The notes beneath the pieces are model-generated. The model was not told the origin of the DNA. It was given only the letters and a program-made list of their open reading frames with translations, and searched no databases. Both the position numbers and the translations under genes were made by a program. DNA of 64,000 nucleotides from Candidatus Magasanikiibacteriota bacterium (GTDB lineage: Bacteria > Patescibacteriota > Patescibacteriia > Magasanikbacterales > GWA2-37-8): the NCBI GenBank assembly GCA_041665405.1, contig JBAYIZ010000001.1, forward strand, positions 26,618 through 90,617. The letters are read 5' to 3'. Positions 28,934-36,417 of this stretch are shown piece by piece. Within the stretch, counting starts at the first letter, position 1; each line of letters begins with the position of its first letter.

Positions 28934-29518
28934 ATGGATATGAATTTTAAAGAAGAGCGTTCTTATGTCATGATCAAGCCTGATGGTGTTAAAAAAGGTT
29001 TGACTGGGGAAATTATTCGTCGATTCGAACAACGTGATTTAAAAATTGTTGCATTGGAAATGTTTCAACCGACTAGAGATCAAATAGATAATCATTATCC
29101 AAAAGAAGAGGCTTGGATTCGCCGTTTGGGACAAAAAACTTTGGGCACTTATGAAAAGTACGGTATTGATGCTATCAAAGAACTTGGTACTGGTGATGAT
29201 TTAGAAATTGGTAAGATGGTCCGAGGCTGGTTGCTTGACTATATGGTCTCTGCTCCATTAGTACGTATGGTAGTTGAGGGTGTACATGCAGTAGATATGG
29301 TGCGTAAAATTTGTGGGGCAACTTTGCCTTATTTGGCTGATATGGGTACTATTCGTGGTGACTATTCCGCCGATTCACCAGCTGTCGCTAATTCAGAACA
29401 TCGCGCTGTAATGAATATGGTACATGCTTCTGAAACTGCCGCTGAAGCTCAGCATGAGATTGCTTACTGGTTTGGAGAACGTGAAGTGATTTTCCCTTAT
29501 AAACGTTTTGGAGAATAA
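28934..29518 (+). CDS. ndk: Nucleoside diphosphate kinase
   Basis: MIKPDGV, GTIRGDY, NMVHASE. Confidence 0.93.
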   Translation: MDMNFKEERSYVMIKPDGVKKGLTGEIIRRFEQRDLKIVALEMFQPTRDQIDNHYPKEEAWIRRLGQKTLGTYEKYGIDAIKELGTGDDLEIGKMVRGWLLDYMVSAPLVRMVVEGVHAVDMVRKICGATLPYLADMGTIRGDYSADSPAVANSEHRAVMNMVHASETAAEAQHEIAYWFGEREVIFPYKRFGE

Positions 29519-29527
29519 AAAAATATT

Positions 29528-29555
29528 TTGACACATTTTTTAGTCATGGTATAAT
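29528..29555 (+). promoter_or_regulatory. Consensus sigma70 promoter with extended -10
   Basis: TTGACA (29528)-16 nt-TATAAT (29550) with TG at the extended -10 position; no ORF downstream. Confidence 0.8.
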
Positions 29556-29561
29556 AGATAT

Positions 29562-29690
29562 GTTCCGATGAAGAGGCTAAAAATGTTCTACAATCTTTAT
29601 ATTTTGGATAGCCAATATTTGATCTTCCCGTGGGAATATCGTGCGGCTAACCACCCTAAATTTTAGGGACATAAGGCCTTTAATCGGAAT
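29562..29690 (+). ncRNA. Putative 6S-like RNA
   Basis: 5' gttccgatgaagaggc pairs with 3' gcctttaatcggaat; internal tggatagcc/ggctaacca stem; central AU-rich bubble; strong promoter; non-coding. Confidence 0.5.
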
Positions 29691-29807
29691 AACAAAAAGG
29701 ACAAGTAATAGTAACTTTTTCGCTTTCCTCGCCTCGCGAGAGGCTCAGGGAATCGCCTCGGGCTCATAACCCGCTCAAAAGTAACTATTACTTGTCCTTT
29801 TTGTTAT
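29689..29807. repeat. Branched inverted-repeat element (31-bp terminal IR)
   Basis: 29689-29719 versus 29777-29807, 30/31 complementary; GC-rich core with two hairpins. Confidence 0.85.
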
Positions 29808-29811
29808 CGAA

Positions 29812-30171
29812 TTATATTTTAGTTTTGAAGTAGTTGATGATTTCATCTTGACCGTTGTAGCAATTTGCTCCGTCCCAGTAAAAAGGGACACCCATACCGT
29901 CTACTGTGCTTAGTCCACATTGTTTCCAAATTTTTGTCATAAGTATGGCGTTGTCTTGATTGTTCCATACTTCCTTTGTAGTGAATTGAACTTTGTCATG
30001 AACTTTGTTGGTAACAACAAAATCATCTACAATTTTACAGTGTGGGCAACCGTCACCAAAAAACAAGATAGATTCTTTTGGAATACCAGATGCTGTATTT
30101 GGCATAAAGATAAGCCAGATAGCAAAGGCCACAATGGCTAGGGTGATAATATAGGGTAGTGCTTTTTTCAT
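29812..30171 (-). CDS. Membrane-anchored glutaredoxin/thioredoxin-like protein
   Basis: N-terminal TM; FFGDGCPHC; GVPF. Confidence 0.8.
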   Translation of the reverse strand: MKKALPYIITLAIVAFAIWLIFMPNTASGIPKESILFFGDGCPHCKIVDDFVVTNKVHDKVQFTTKEVWNNQDNAILMTKIWKQCGLSTVDGMGVPFYWDGANCYNGQDEIINYFKTKI

Positions 30172-30188
30172 ATAAAAATATTATTTTT

Positions 30189-30221
30189 AATAGATTCCCG
30201 TTTGCACGGGAATGATAATGT
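30189..30221. repeat. Palindromic ATTCCC-N8-GGGAAT repeat, copy 2 (intergenic)
   Basis: aatagattcccgtttgcacgggaatgataatgt. Confidence 0.9.
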
Positions 30222-30259
30222 ATTTTTAATTATAGCTTATTCTAAATAAATAGGCAATA

Positions 30260-30291
30260 AAAAATCCTCCCAAATGTTTGGAAGGATTTTT
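30260..30291 (-). terminator. Terminator after rpmB
   Basis: aaaaatcctcccaaa-tg-tttggaaggattttt hairpin. Confidence 0.65.
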
Positions 30292-30298
30292 GGAATGG

Positions 30299-30472
30299 TT
30301 ATGCTTTTTTTGAAGCGGTACGGCGGCAAGTAGAACAGGCTTTTACCTTCTCTTTTCCAACCATAAGTAGTTGAAGATTTGGGTGTTGACGACGTGGAAC
30401 ACGGCGTTTACTGTGACTGACATGATTGGCGCGAGCGCTAGTTTTGCCGCAAACTGTGCAAGATTTACTCAT
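30299..30472 (-). CDS. rpmB: 50S ribosomal protein L28 (not in ORF track)
   Basis: Manual translation MSKSCTVCGK..ANHVSHSKRRVPRRQHPNLQ...ACSTCRRT, 57 aa. Confidence 0.93.
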   Translation of the reverse strand: MSKSCTVCGKTSARANHVSHSKRRVPRRQHPNLQLLMVGKEKVKACSTCRRTASKKA

Positions 30473-30568
30473 AAGATTGATTCTTTAGTGATATTAGGAT
30501 ATAATTGATGATGAAATTATAGTAAATAATATGCCTTTTGTCAATAGAAAGGCCTAAATTAATGTTAT

Positions 30569-31171
30569 ATGGACTTTATTTCACTACTCTTTTATTTTTT
30601 TGTTATCATTCCTTCAGCTATTATTCATGAATATGCTCATGGTTGGATGGCCTATCAGCTGGGTGATCCTACTGCCAAATATGCTGGTAGATTGACGATT
30701 GATCCGCGCGTACATATTGATAAATGGGGGACTATCATCATGCCTATTGGTTTATTTCTATTAACTGGTGGTAAATTTTTATTTGCTTATGCTAAACCAG
30801 TTCCGTATAATCCATATAATCTAAAGGATCAAAAATGGGGGCCAGCTTTGGTGGGAGTTGCAGGGCCCTTAGCAAATTTTTTGTTAGCCGCTTGTTTTGG
30901 AATTTTGGTGCGCATGTTTCCAACTAGTTTGTTTGCGCCATTTTTTGCCATAATTGTGATGGCCAATATTACTCTGATGGTCTTCAACTTGTTACCAATT
31001 CCGCCATTGGATGGATCGAAAATTTTGTATGCCATTTTACCGCCAGGCGCACATCAGGTACGAACATTTTTGGATCGTTATGGTTTTATGATTATGTTGT
31101 TTTTTGTTTTCTTTTTATTTGATATTGTCCGTCCGATTATTGATGGTCTGGTACGATTGCTAATTGGTTAA
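30569..31171 (+). CDS. Site-2 protease (M50) family
   Basis: HEYAH, AGPLAN, FNLLPIPPLDGSK. Confidence 0.93.
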   Translation: MDFISLLFYFFVIIPSAIIHEYAHGWMAYQLGDPTAKYAGRLTIDPRVHIDKWGTIIMPIGLFLLTGGKFLFAYAKPVPYNPYNLKDQKWGPALVGVAGPLANFLLAACFGILVRMFPTSLFAPFFAIIVMANITLMVFNLLPIPPLDGSKILYAILPPGAHQVRTFLDRYGFMIMLFFVFFLFDIVRPIIDGLVRLLIG

Positions 31172-31173
31172 TT

Positions 31174-32364
31174 ATGTTGCCGATATTATCCGTTTCAGAA
31201 TTTATTGAACAGATAAACGGCATTATAACCGGTGAGTTTATTATTGAAGGTGAAGTTTCACAATATAAAATTTCTCAAGGTAAATGGATTTTTTTTGATC
31301 TCAAAGATGATAAAGCAGTAGTAAATTGTTTTGCTACTGTTTTTAATTTATCACAACCATTGGAAGATGGAATGAAAATCAGAGTGTTGGGATATCCAAA
31401 AGTGCATGATAAAAGCGGACGGTTTAGTGTGACGGTACAGAAAGTTGAATTAGTGGGTGAGGGAAGTCTGAAAAAAGCATATTTACTATTGAAAAAGAAA
31501 TTGACTGATGAAGGTTTGTTTTTATCTGATCGCAAACGTAAATTATCAGAATTACCTGCCAAAATAGGAGTGATAGCTTCACGGGATAGTGCGGCCTTTG
31601 GAGATTTTGTCAGAATACTAAACAATCGTTGGGCGGGTATAGAAATAAATTTATTTAATGTGGCAGTGCAAGGTGAACAGGCAGTTGGTGAAATCACTGA
31701 GGCGTTTAATTATTTTAATACACGTGAGACTGGTTGTGATGTGTTGGTGTTAATTCGCGGTGGTGGATCACTGGAAGACTTAGCGGCTTTCAACAGTGAA
31801 ACCGTGGTACGCGCAGTCTATGGTAGTAAAATACCAGTAATCTGTGGGGTAGGGCATGAACGCGATGAATCATTGTGTGATTTCGCCGCCGATGTTCGGG
31901 CTTCGACACCGTCCAATGCAGCGGAAATAGCTGTCCCTGATAAACATGATTTTATTTCTGGTTTGGATTTTTCCGTTCAACATATTTTGAATACACTTGA
32001 TCATAAGATCACGAAACAACGTCGCAGTGTAGAACAGTATTTTTTTACTATCTCATCTATCTTAGAGGCGCCATTACAAAGCTGTCGCAATTTGATGGAA
32101 AATTTTAAACACACTCAGTTGATTTTGCAAACCAGTGTGTCTAGGAAAAAAGAGTTTGTATTATCTGCCGAGAGATTGTTTAAAAATGTCGATCCCAAAC
32201 AAGTATTAAAACGAGGGTATAGTATTGTGCGTAATCTAAAAGGTGTTATCGTACGAGGCGCTTCGCAAGTGGACGTAGGGGATGAACTTATGATAGAATT
32301 TGGACAAGGAAGTATTAAAACTGAAGTGTTAGATTTAAAAAATAAACAAACTAAATTGATATAA
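31174..32364 (+). CDS. xseA: Exodeoxyribonuclease VII large subunit
   Basis: GEVSQ, IRGGGSLEDL, GVGHERD, TPSNAAE. Confidence 0.95.
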   Translation: MLPILSVSEFIEQINGIITGEFIIEGEVSQYKISQGKWIFFDLKDDKAVVNCFATVFNLSQPLEDGMKIRVLGYPKVHDKSGRFSVTVQKVELVGEGSLKKAYLLLKKKLTDEGLFLSDRKRKLSELPAKIGVIASRDSAAFGDFVRILNNRWAGIEINLFNVAVQGEQAVGEITEAFNYFNTRETGCDVLVLIRGGGSLEDLAAFNSETVVRAVYGSKIPVICGVGHERDESLCDFAADVRASTPSNAAEIAVPDKHDFISGLDFSVQHILNTLDHKITKQRRSVEQYFFTISSILEAPLQSCRNLMENFKHTQLILQTSVSRKKEFVLSAERLFKNVDPKQVLKRGYSIVRNLKGVIVRGASQVDVGDELMIEFGQGSIKTEVLDLKNKQTKLI

Positions 32365-32365
32365 T

Positions 32366-32557
32366 ATGACCACTGAAAAAAAATTTAATTTTGCTAAGTC
32401 GTATCAAGAATTACAAAAGATTGTGGAGTGGTTTGAAAAAACGGATGTCGACCTAGAAGAAGGTATTACAAAATTTGAAGAGGGGGCGAAGATTGTAAAA
32501 GATCTGAAGGAATATTTGGAAAAAATGGAAAATAAAATTAAAGAATTAAAAAAATAA
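32366..32557 (+). CDS. xseB: Exodeoxyribonuclease VII small subunit
   Basis: F......LQKIV.......DLEEGI..FEEG; follows xseA. Confidence 0.9.
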   Translation: MTTEKKFNFAKSYQELQKIVEWFEKTDVDLEEGITKFEEGAKIVKDLKEYLEKMENKIKELKK

Positions 32558-32582
32558 TTTTATTAAATTTTAAATTATAAAT

Positions 32583-32921
32583 ATGTCTTTACTTTTACGT
32601 TGGTTAATTAGTGCTGGTTCATTAATGTTGGTTGCGTATGTAGTTCCAGGAATTAGTGTAGCCAGTTTTTATTCGGCTTTGATCGCGGCCTTGGTTTTGG
32701 GTTTGGTAAACGCACTTATTCGTCCGATTATTATTTTGCTGACATTGCCAGTAAACATTTTGACACTGGGTCTTTTTACTTTGGTTATTAACGCTTTATT
32801 GTTTTGGTTAGTTGCCACCATGGTTAAGGGTTTTACAGTAAGTGGTTTTATGCCGGCATTTTTGGGAGCTCTGGTAGTATGTGTGGTTAGTTGGGTGTTA
32901 AATGGAATTTTTAATAAATAA
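32583..32921 (+). CDS. YvlD/DUF360 (4-TM holin-like) membrane protein
   Basis: LGLVNALIRP...LTLP.NILTLGLF.LVINA. Confidence 0.88.
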   Translation: MSLLLRWLISAGSLMLVAYVVPGISVASFYSALIAALVLGLVNALIRPIIILLTLPVNILTLGLFTLVINALLFWLVATMVKGFTVSGFMPAFLGALVVCVVSWVLNGIFNK

Positions 32922-32928
32922 TTTTGTT

Positions 32929-33504
32929 ATGAACAGAACGATAAAATTATTAATATTCTCTTCTATTTTTGTAGACACCGGGTTTGGTTTCATCGGTCCG
33001 ATGTTGTCTATTTTTATAAAAGAAAATTTAATTGGTGGTACTATTTTTACGGCCGGTATGGCCAGTGCTGTTTATTTGATAGTGAAATCAGTATTACAAT
33101 TACCGTTTGCCCATTATGTCGATAAACATGATGACAAAGTAAAATGGCTATTGGTTGGTACGGCGGCTATGGCGGTGGTACCTTTTATGTATATATTTTG
33201 TGCCAATGTATGGTACATTTATCTGGCACAAATATTTTTGGGTTTGGGTTCAGCATTGGCTTATCCGACCTGGGCGGGTTTGTGGAGTACACATCTAGAC
33301 AAAAGAAAAGAAAGTTATGAATGGAGTTTGTATTCCACTTTGACCGGTTTGGGTACAGCTATTATTGCCAGTTTGGGAGCGGCTATTGCTCAGTGGTATA
33401 GTTTTGAAGCAGCTTTTGCCCTAGTTGGTTTATTAGCAGTAATTGGTTTTGTGATATTATTAGGCTTACAAAAAAGTGATGTAAAGTTATTGAATAAAAT
33501 GTAG
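32929..33504 (+). CDS. Half-size (6-TM) MFS-like transporter
   Basis: Six TM segments; QLPFAHYVDK, GLGSALAYP. Confidence 0.75.
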   Translation: MNRTIKLLIFSSIFVDTGFGFIGPMLSIFIKENLIGGTIFTAGMASAVYLIVKSVLQLPFAHYVDKHDDKVKWLLVGTAAMAVVPFMYIFCANVWYIYLAQIFLGLGSALAYPTWAGLWSTHLDKRKESYEWSLYSTLTGLGTAIIASLGAAIAQWYSFEAAFALVGLLAVIGFVILLGLQKSDVKLLNKM

Positions 33505-33514
33505 ATTGCAACAT

Positions 33515-33679
33515 ATGAAAAACTACGCCAGCAATCGTGCCCAAAAAGGTAAAACGGCTTTTAGAACACCGAGCATGTATAAGGCTAATAAGGCAATTGC
33601 AATAAACAAATATCGCGCTTATGACAAAGGTTTGAGCTCTAGTTTAGAAAATTTGAAACAAATAAAAAATTATGAATAA
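33515..33679 (+). CDS. Possible 54-aa basic hypothetical protein
   Basis: Open frame from ATG 33515 filling the MFS-pyrH gap, overlapping the pyrH start by 8 nt. Confidence 0.3.
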   Translation: MKNYASNRAQKGKTAFRTPSMYKANKAIAINKYRAYDKGLSSSLENLKQIKNYE

Positions 33680-34364
33680 AAATAAAGTTGTAGTATTGTC
33701 TTTGGGAGGTTCGTTAATTGTCCCAAAAACAGGTTTTGATATTATTTTTTTAAAAAAATTTAAGAATTTTGTTTTAAAGCGTATTCGACTGGGTGAAAGA
33801 TTTATCATTGTGTGTGGTGGGGGAAATACGGCACGAGTATATCAAGAAGGGGTTAAAGCAGTGAGTGAATTGACCAGTGAAGATGTGGATTGGATCGGCA
33901 TACACTCTACTCGTCTCAACGCTCATTTTATGCGTACTATTTTTCGTAAATGGGCACATCCAGTAGTAGTAAAAAATCCAACTATAAAACTGAAATGGAA
34001 AAGTCCGATTTTAATAGCTGGTGGTTGGAAGCCAGGGTGGTCAACGGATTATGATGCAGTCAAGTTGGCAGAATTGTATGGAGCCAAACAAGTGATCAAT
34101 TTATCCAATGTGGAATATGTTTACGACAAAGATCCAAATAAATTTAATGATGCTAAAAGAATAGAAAATATTAATTGGAAAGATTTTAGAAAAATCGTCG
34201 GAAATAAATGGATTCCAGGTGCCAATTTACCGTTTGATCCAATAGCTAGTAAAGAAGCGCAGAAAGATGGATTGACCGTTGCTATAATTAAGGGTGACAA
34301 TCTGGAAGAAATTGTAAAGGTAATAAATGGGGGAGAAAAGATTGTTGGAACCATTATTAAATAA
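33672..34364 (+). CDS. pyrH: UMP kinase, archaeal type
   Basis: SLGGS, GGGNTAR.YQ, DWIGI..TRLNA, PGWSTDYDA, VYDKDP. Confidence 0.92.
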   Translation: MNKNKVVVLSLGGSLIVPKTGFDIIFLKKFKNFVLKRIRLGERFIIVCGGGNTARVYQEGVKAVSELTSEDVDWIGIHSTRLNAHFMRTIFRKWAHPVVVKNPTIKLKWKSPILIAGGWKPGWSTDYDAVKLAELYGAKQVINLSNVEYVYDKDPNKFNDAKRIENINWKDFRKIVGNKWIPGANLPFDPIASKEAQKDGLTVAIIKGDNLEEIVKVINGGEKIVGTIIK

Positions 34365-34371
34365 TATTAAT

Positions 34372-34407
34372 AAACAAAAAATCACCTTCTATGGTGATTT
34401 TTTGTTT
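34372..34407. terminator. Bidirectional terminator
   Basis: aaacaaaaaatcacc-ttctat-ggtgattttttgttt. Confidence 0.8.
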
Positions 34408-34490
34408 TCCTCAAAAGAATAAAATAATCTTCTAAGGGAAGCCAGCGCCGACCGGTTGTGGAACCGGCCGGCGCTGTTGGCTACAGTAGG

Positions 34491-34577
34491 CTACGGCAGG
34501 TGGTTGAAGATGCCGACAATCACCGGCACAACAAGAGCTGCCAAGCACACGACGGTAATTTTCTGTCTTTTGGTCAT
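34491..34577 (-). CDS. 28-aa hydrophobic peptide (not in ORF track)
   Basis: MTKRQKITVVCLAALVVPVIVGIFNHLP; SD-like GAGGA 4 nt before ATG; GC-rich hairpin 34443-34476 after the stop. Confidence 0.55.
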   Translation of the reverse strand: MTKRQKITVVCLAALVVPVIVGIFNHLP

Positions 34578-34925
34578 GAGGTCCTCAACGATTCAGTCGA
34601 TTTTGATTGCCCACCGCGCGGAGTTGCGACGAGGGATATCTAATTTGATAAATATCAAACCAAATACCCCTGTCGCAATCGTTTGTGTCCTTTCTGTAGA
34701 ATGATATGGTTTGGCTAATTAGCAAAACCAGATACTTTTAAAAGAACGATGAATTATAATATGCTAAAAACGGGTAAAATGTCAATGGTTGAGGCTAGAA
34801 AGTTGACTTACGAGTAAATTAGTGATATTGTCTGCGCAAGTATCCGGACAGGCAACTATGCTCTGTGCCGGGTCATCATGACCGTATGCGACTTCAATGT
34901 CGTTGATTCACTGCAAGGAGACCCC

Positions 34926-35189
34926 ATGAATCGTCTTCGTGAGAAGCTGTCCCTGTTGTTGGCGCTGACCTTCAAGAACGACGTCACGGCCAAGGAGCTC
35001 GACGATGGCTTCACCGAGGTGAGCGACGCCTTCGACGCCGACGTGAACGAGGCGTTCCCGCCCGAGGACACCAGCGGCGACGGCACGGCCGCCACCGCCG
35101 AGGTCGCCGAGACGGTCGCCGAAGCACCCGCCCCGGCCCCCGAGCCCGATCCCGCGCCCGAGGCCGATGACAAGGGCGTCGAGCCGTAG
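34926..35189 (+). CDS. GC-rich acidic Ala/Pro-rich orphan protein (87 aa)
   Basis: AAGGAG 5 nt before ATG; strongly G/C-ending codons; hairpin 35214-35243 downstream; promoter-like TTGACT..TATTGT at 34803-34831. Confidence 0.65.
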   Translation: MNRLREKLSLLLALTFKNDVTAKELDDGFTEVSDAFDADVNEAFPPEDTSGDGTAATAEVAETVAEAPAPAPEPDPAPEADDKGVEP

Positions 35190-35266
35190 TCGCCGCGTAG
35201 CGGTCATGTGAGGCCGAGTGGGGAGGACTTCCTCCCCGCTCGGTCCTCGCAGCTACAAATCTGCTC

Positions 35267-35295
35267 TTGACAAAATTTACTCAATCCGTTATTAT
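35267..35295 (+). promoter_or_regulatory. rplJL promoter
   Basis: TTGACA-17 nt-TATTAT. Confidence 0.7.
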
Positions 35296-35302
35296 ATCCG
35301 CA

Positions 35303-35396
35303 CCATAGACAGCAGGTGGCGAAAGCCTTAATTACCTGCCGAGGTACAAAAGCTATTTTAGTATAGGTCGATTTGTACTGTATTATCTGTCTGTGG
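35303..35396 (+). promoter_or_regulatory. Ribosomal protein L10 leader
   Basis: AGACAGCAGG...TAA..CCTGCCGAGG core closed by ccatagac/gtctgtgg, directly upstream of rplJ. Confidence 0.8.
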
Positions 35397-35426
35397 AAAC
35401 ACAGATTTTTTTGTTAAAAAATCACT

Positions 35427-35945
35427 ATGCCAAAAACAAGACAACAAAAAATAAAAACCATTGAGTCCTTGACTGGTGGCTTGAAAGACAGCAAAGGTGC
35501 TGTATTTGCCAGTTTTGCTGGTTTGAAAGTAGCTGACTTCGAAGAGTTGCGCAAACAAGCTCGCTCTGAAAATGTTCAGGTACAGGTAGCCAAAAAAACA
35601 TTGGTAAAAAGAGTGTTTGACGATCTGGGCGTTTCTGCCGATCCAAAAACATTTGCCGGTGGCGTGGTTACTTTGTCCGGTGCGGATGAAGTTACTGCGG
35701 CCAAAGTATTTGGTAACTTTGCCAAAACTCATGAGACAGTTTCAATTTTCGGTGGTATCTTGGAAGGTAAATTTATTGATGCGATGAGCGTCAAACATTT
35801 GTCTACTTTACCAAGTAAACAACAATTGTTGGGTCAATTGGTTGGTACTCTCAACGCACCAGTATCTGGTTTCGTGAATGTACTGGCTGGCAACCTGCGC
35901 AATTTAGTAAATGTTCTTAATAATATTAAAACAGCAAAAGTTTAA
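35427..35945 (+). CDS. rplJ: 50S ribosomal protein L10
   Basis: GLKV..FEELRK, VAKKTL, LPSKQQLLGQLVG.LNAPVSGFV. Confidence 0.95.
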   Translation: MPKTRQQKIKTIESLTGGLKDSKGAVFASFAGLKVADFEELRKQARSENVQVQVAKKTLVKRVFDDLGVSADPKTFAGGVVTLSGADEVTAAKVFGNFAKTHETVSIFGGILEGKFIDAMSVKHLSTLPSKQQLLGQLVGTLNAPVSGFVNVLAGNLRNLVNVLNNIKTAKV

Positions 35946-35960
35946 TTAATATATAAATTT

Positions 35961-36365
35961 ATGACAGAAGAAAAAAATGTTGTAGTTCCAGAAAAGTTTA
36001 AAGCTTTCGTGGAACAAGTAGAAAAAATGTCCGTTTTAGATTTGGCCGAATTGGTCAAAGTATTGGAAGAGAAATTTGGTGTTTCCGCTGCCGCTCCAGC
36101 TATGATGATGGCCGCCGCTCCTGCCGCTGGTGGCGCTGCTGTCACAGAAGAGAAAACAGAATTCAATGTTGAATTGACTGATGCCGGTGCAAACAAGATC
36201 AATGTGATCAAAGCAGTGAAAGAAGTAACTGGTTTGGGTTTGGCTGATGCCAAAGCTTTGGTAGACGGCGCTCCAAAAATGATCAAAGAAGGTCTAAAGA
36301 AAGACGAAGCCGAAGCTATGAAGAAAAAGATTGAGGAAGCTGGTGGTAAAGTAACTTTGAAATAA
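35961..36365 (+). CDS. rplL: 50S ribosomal protein L7/L12
   Basis: [34 protein letters not shown]. Confidence 0.97.
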   Translation: MTEEKNVVVPEKFKAFVEQVEKMSVLDLAELVKVLEEKFGVSAAAPAMMMAAAPAAGGAAVTEEKTEFNVELTDAGANKINVIKAVKEVTGLGLADAKALVDGAPKMIKEGLKKDEAEAMKKKIEEAGGKVTLK

Positions 36366-36387
36366 TACCTCTCAGCTCAATAAAAAC

Positions 36388-36417
36388 AAAAACACGACCA
36401 ATTTGGTCGTGTTTTTT
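36388..36417. terminator. Bidirectional terminator after rplL
   Basis: aaaaacacgacca-att-tggtcgtgttttt. Confidence 0.8.

Noticed and set aside
32583-32921. Holin-like gene as evidence of a prophage
   Set aside because: The YvlD/DUF360 family is common on chromosomes, and no phage genes are nearby.
33672-34364. Archaeal-type PyrH (and AspRS, alpha2 GlyRS) as recent horizontal transfer
   Set aside because: Composition matches the backbone and these forms are typical of CPR genomes.
34456-34704. Plus-strand ORFs 34456-34704 and 34458-34643, and minus ORFs over 34856-35207
   Set aside because: Stop-poor frames are expected in GC-rich DNA; SD, hairpin and codon pattern favour 34491-34577(-) and 34926-35189(+).
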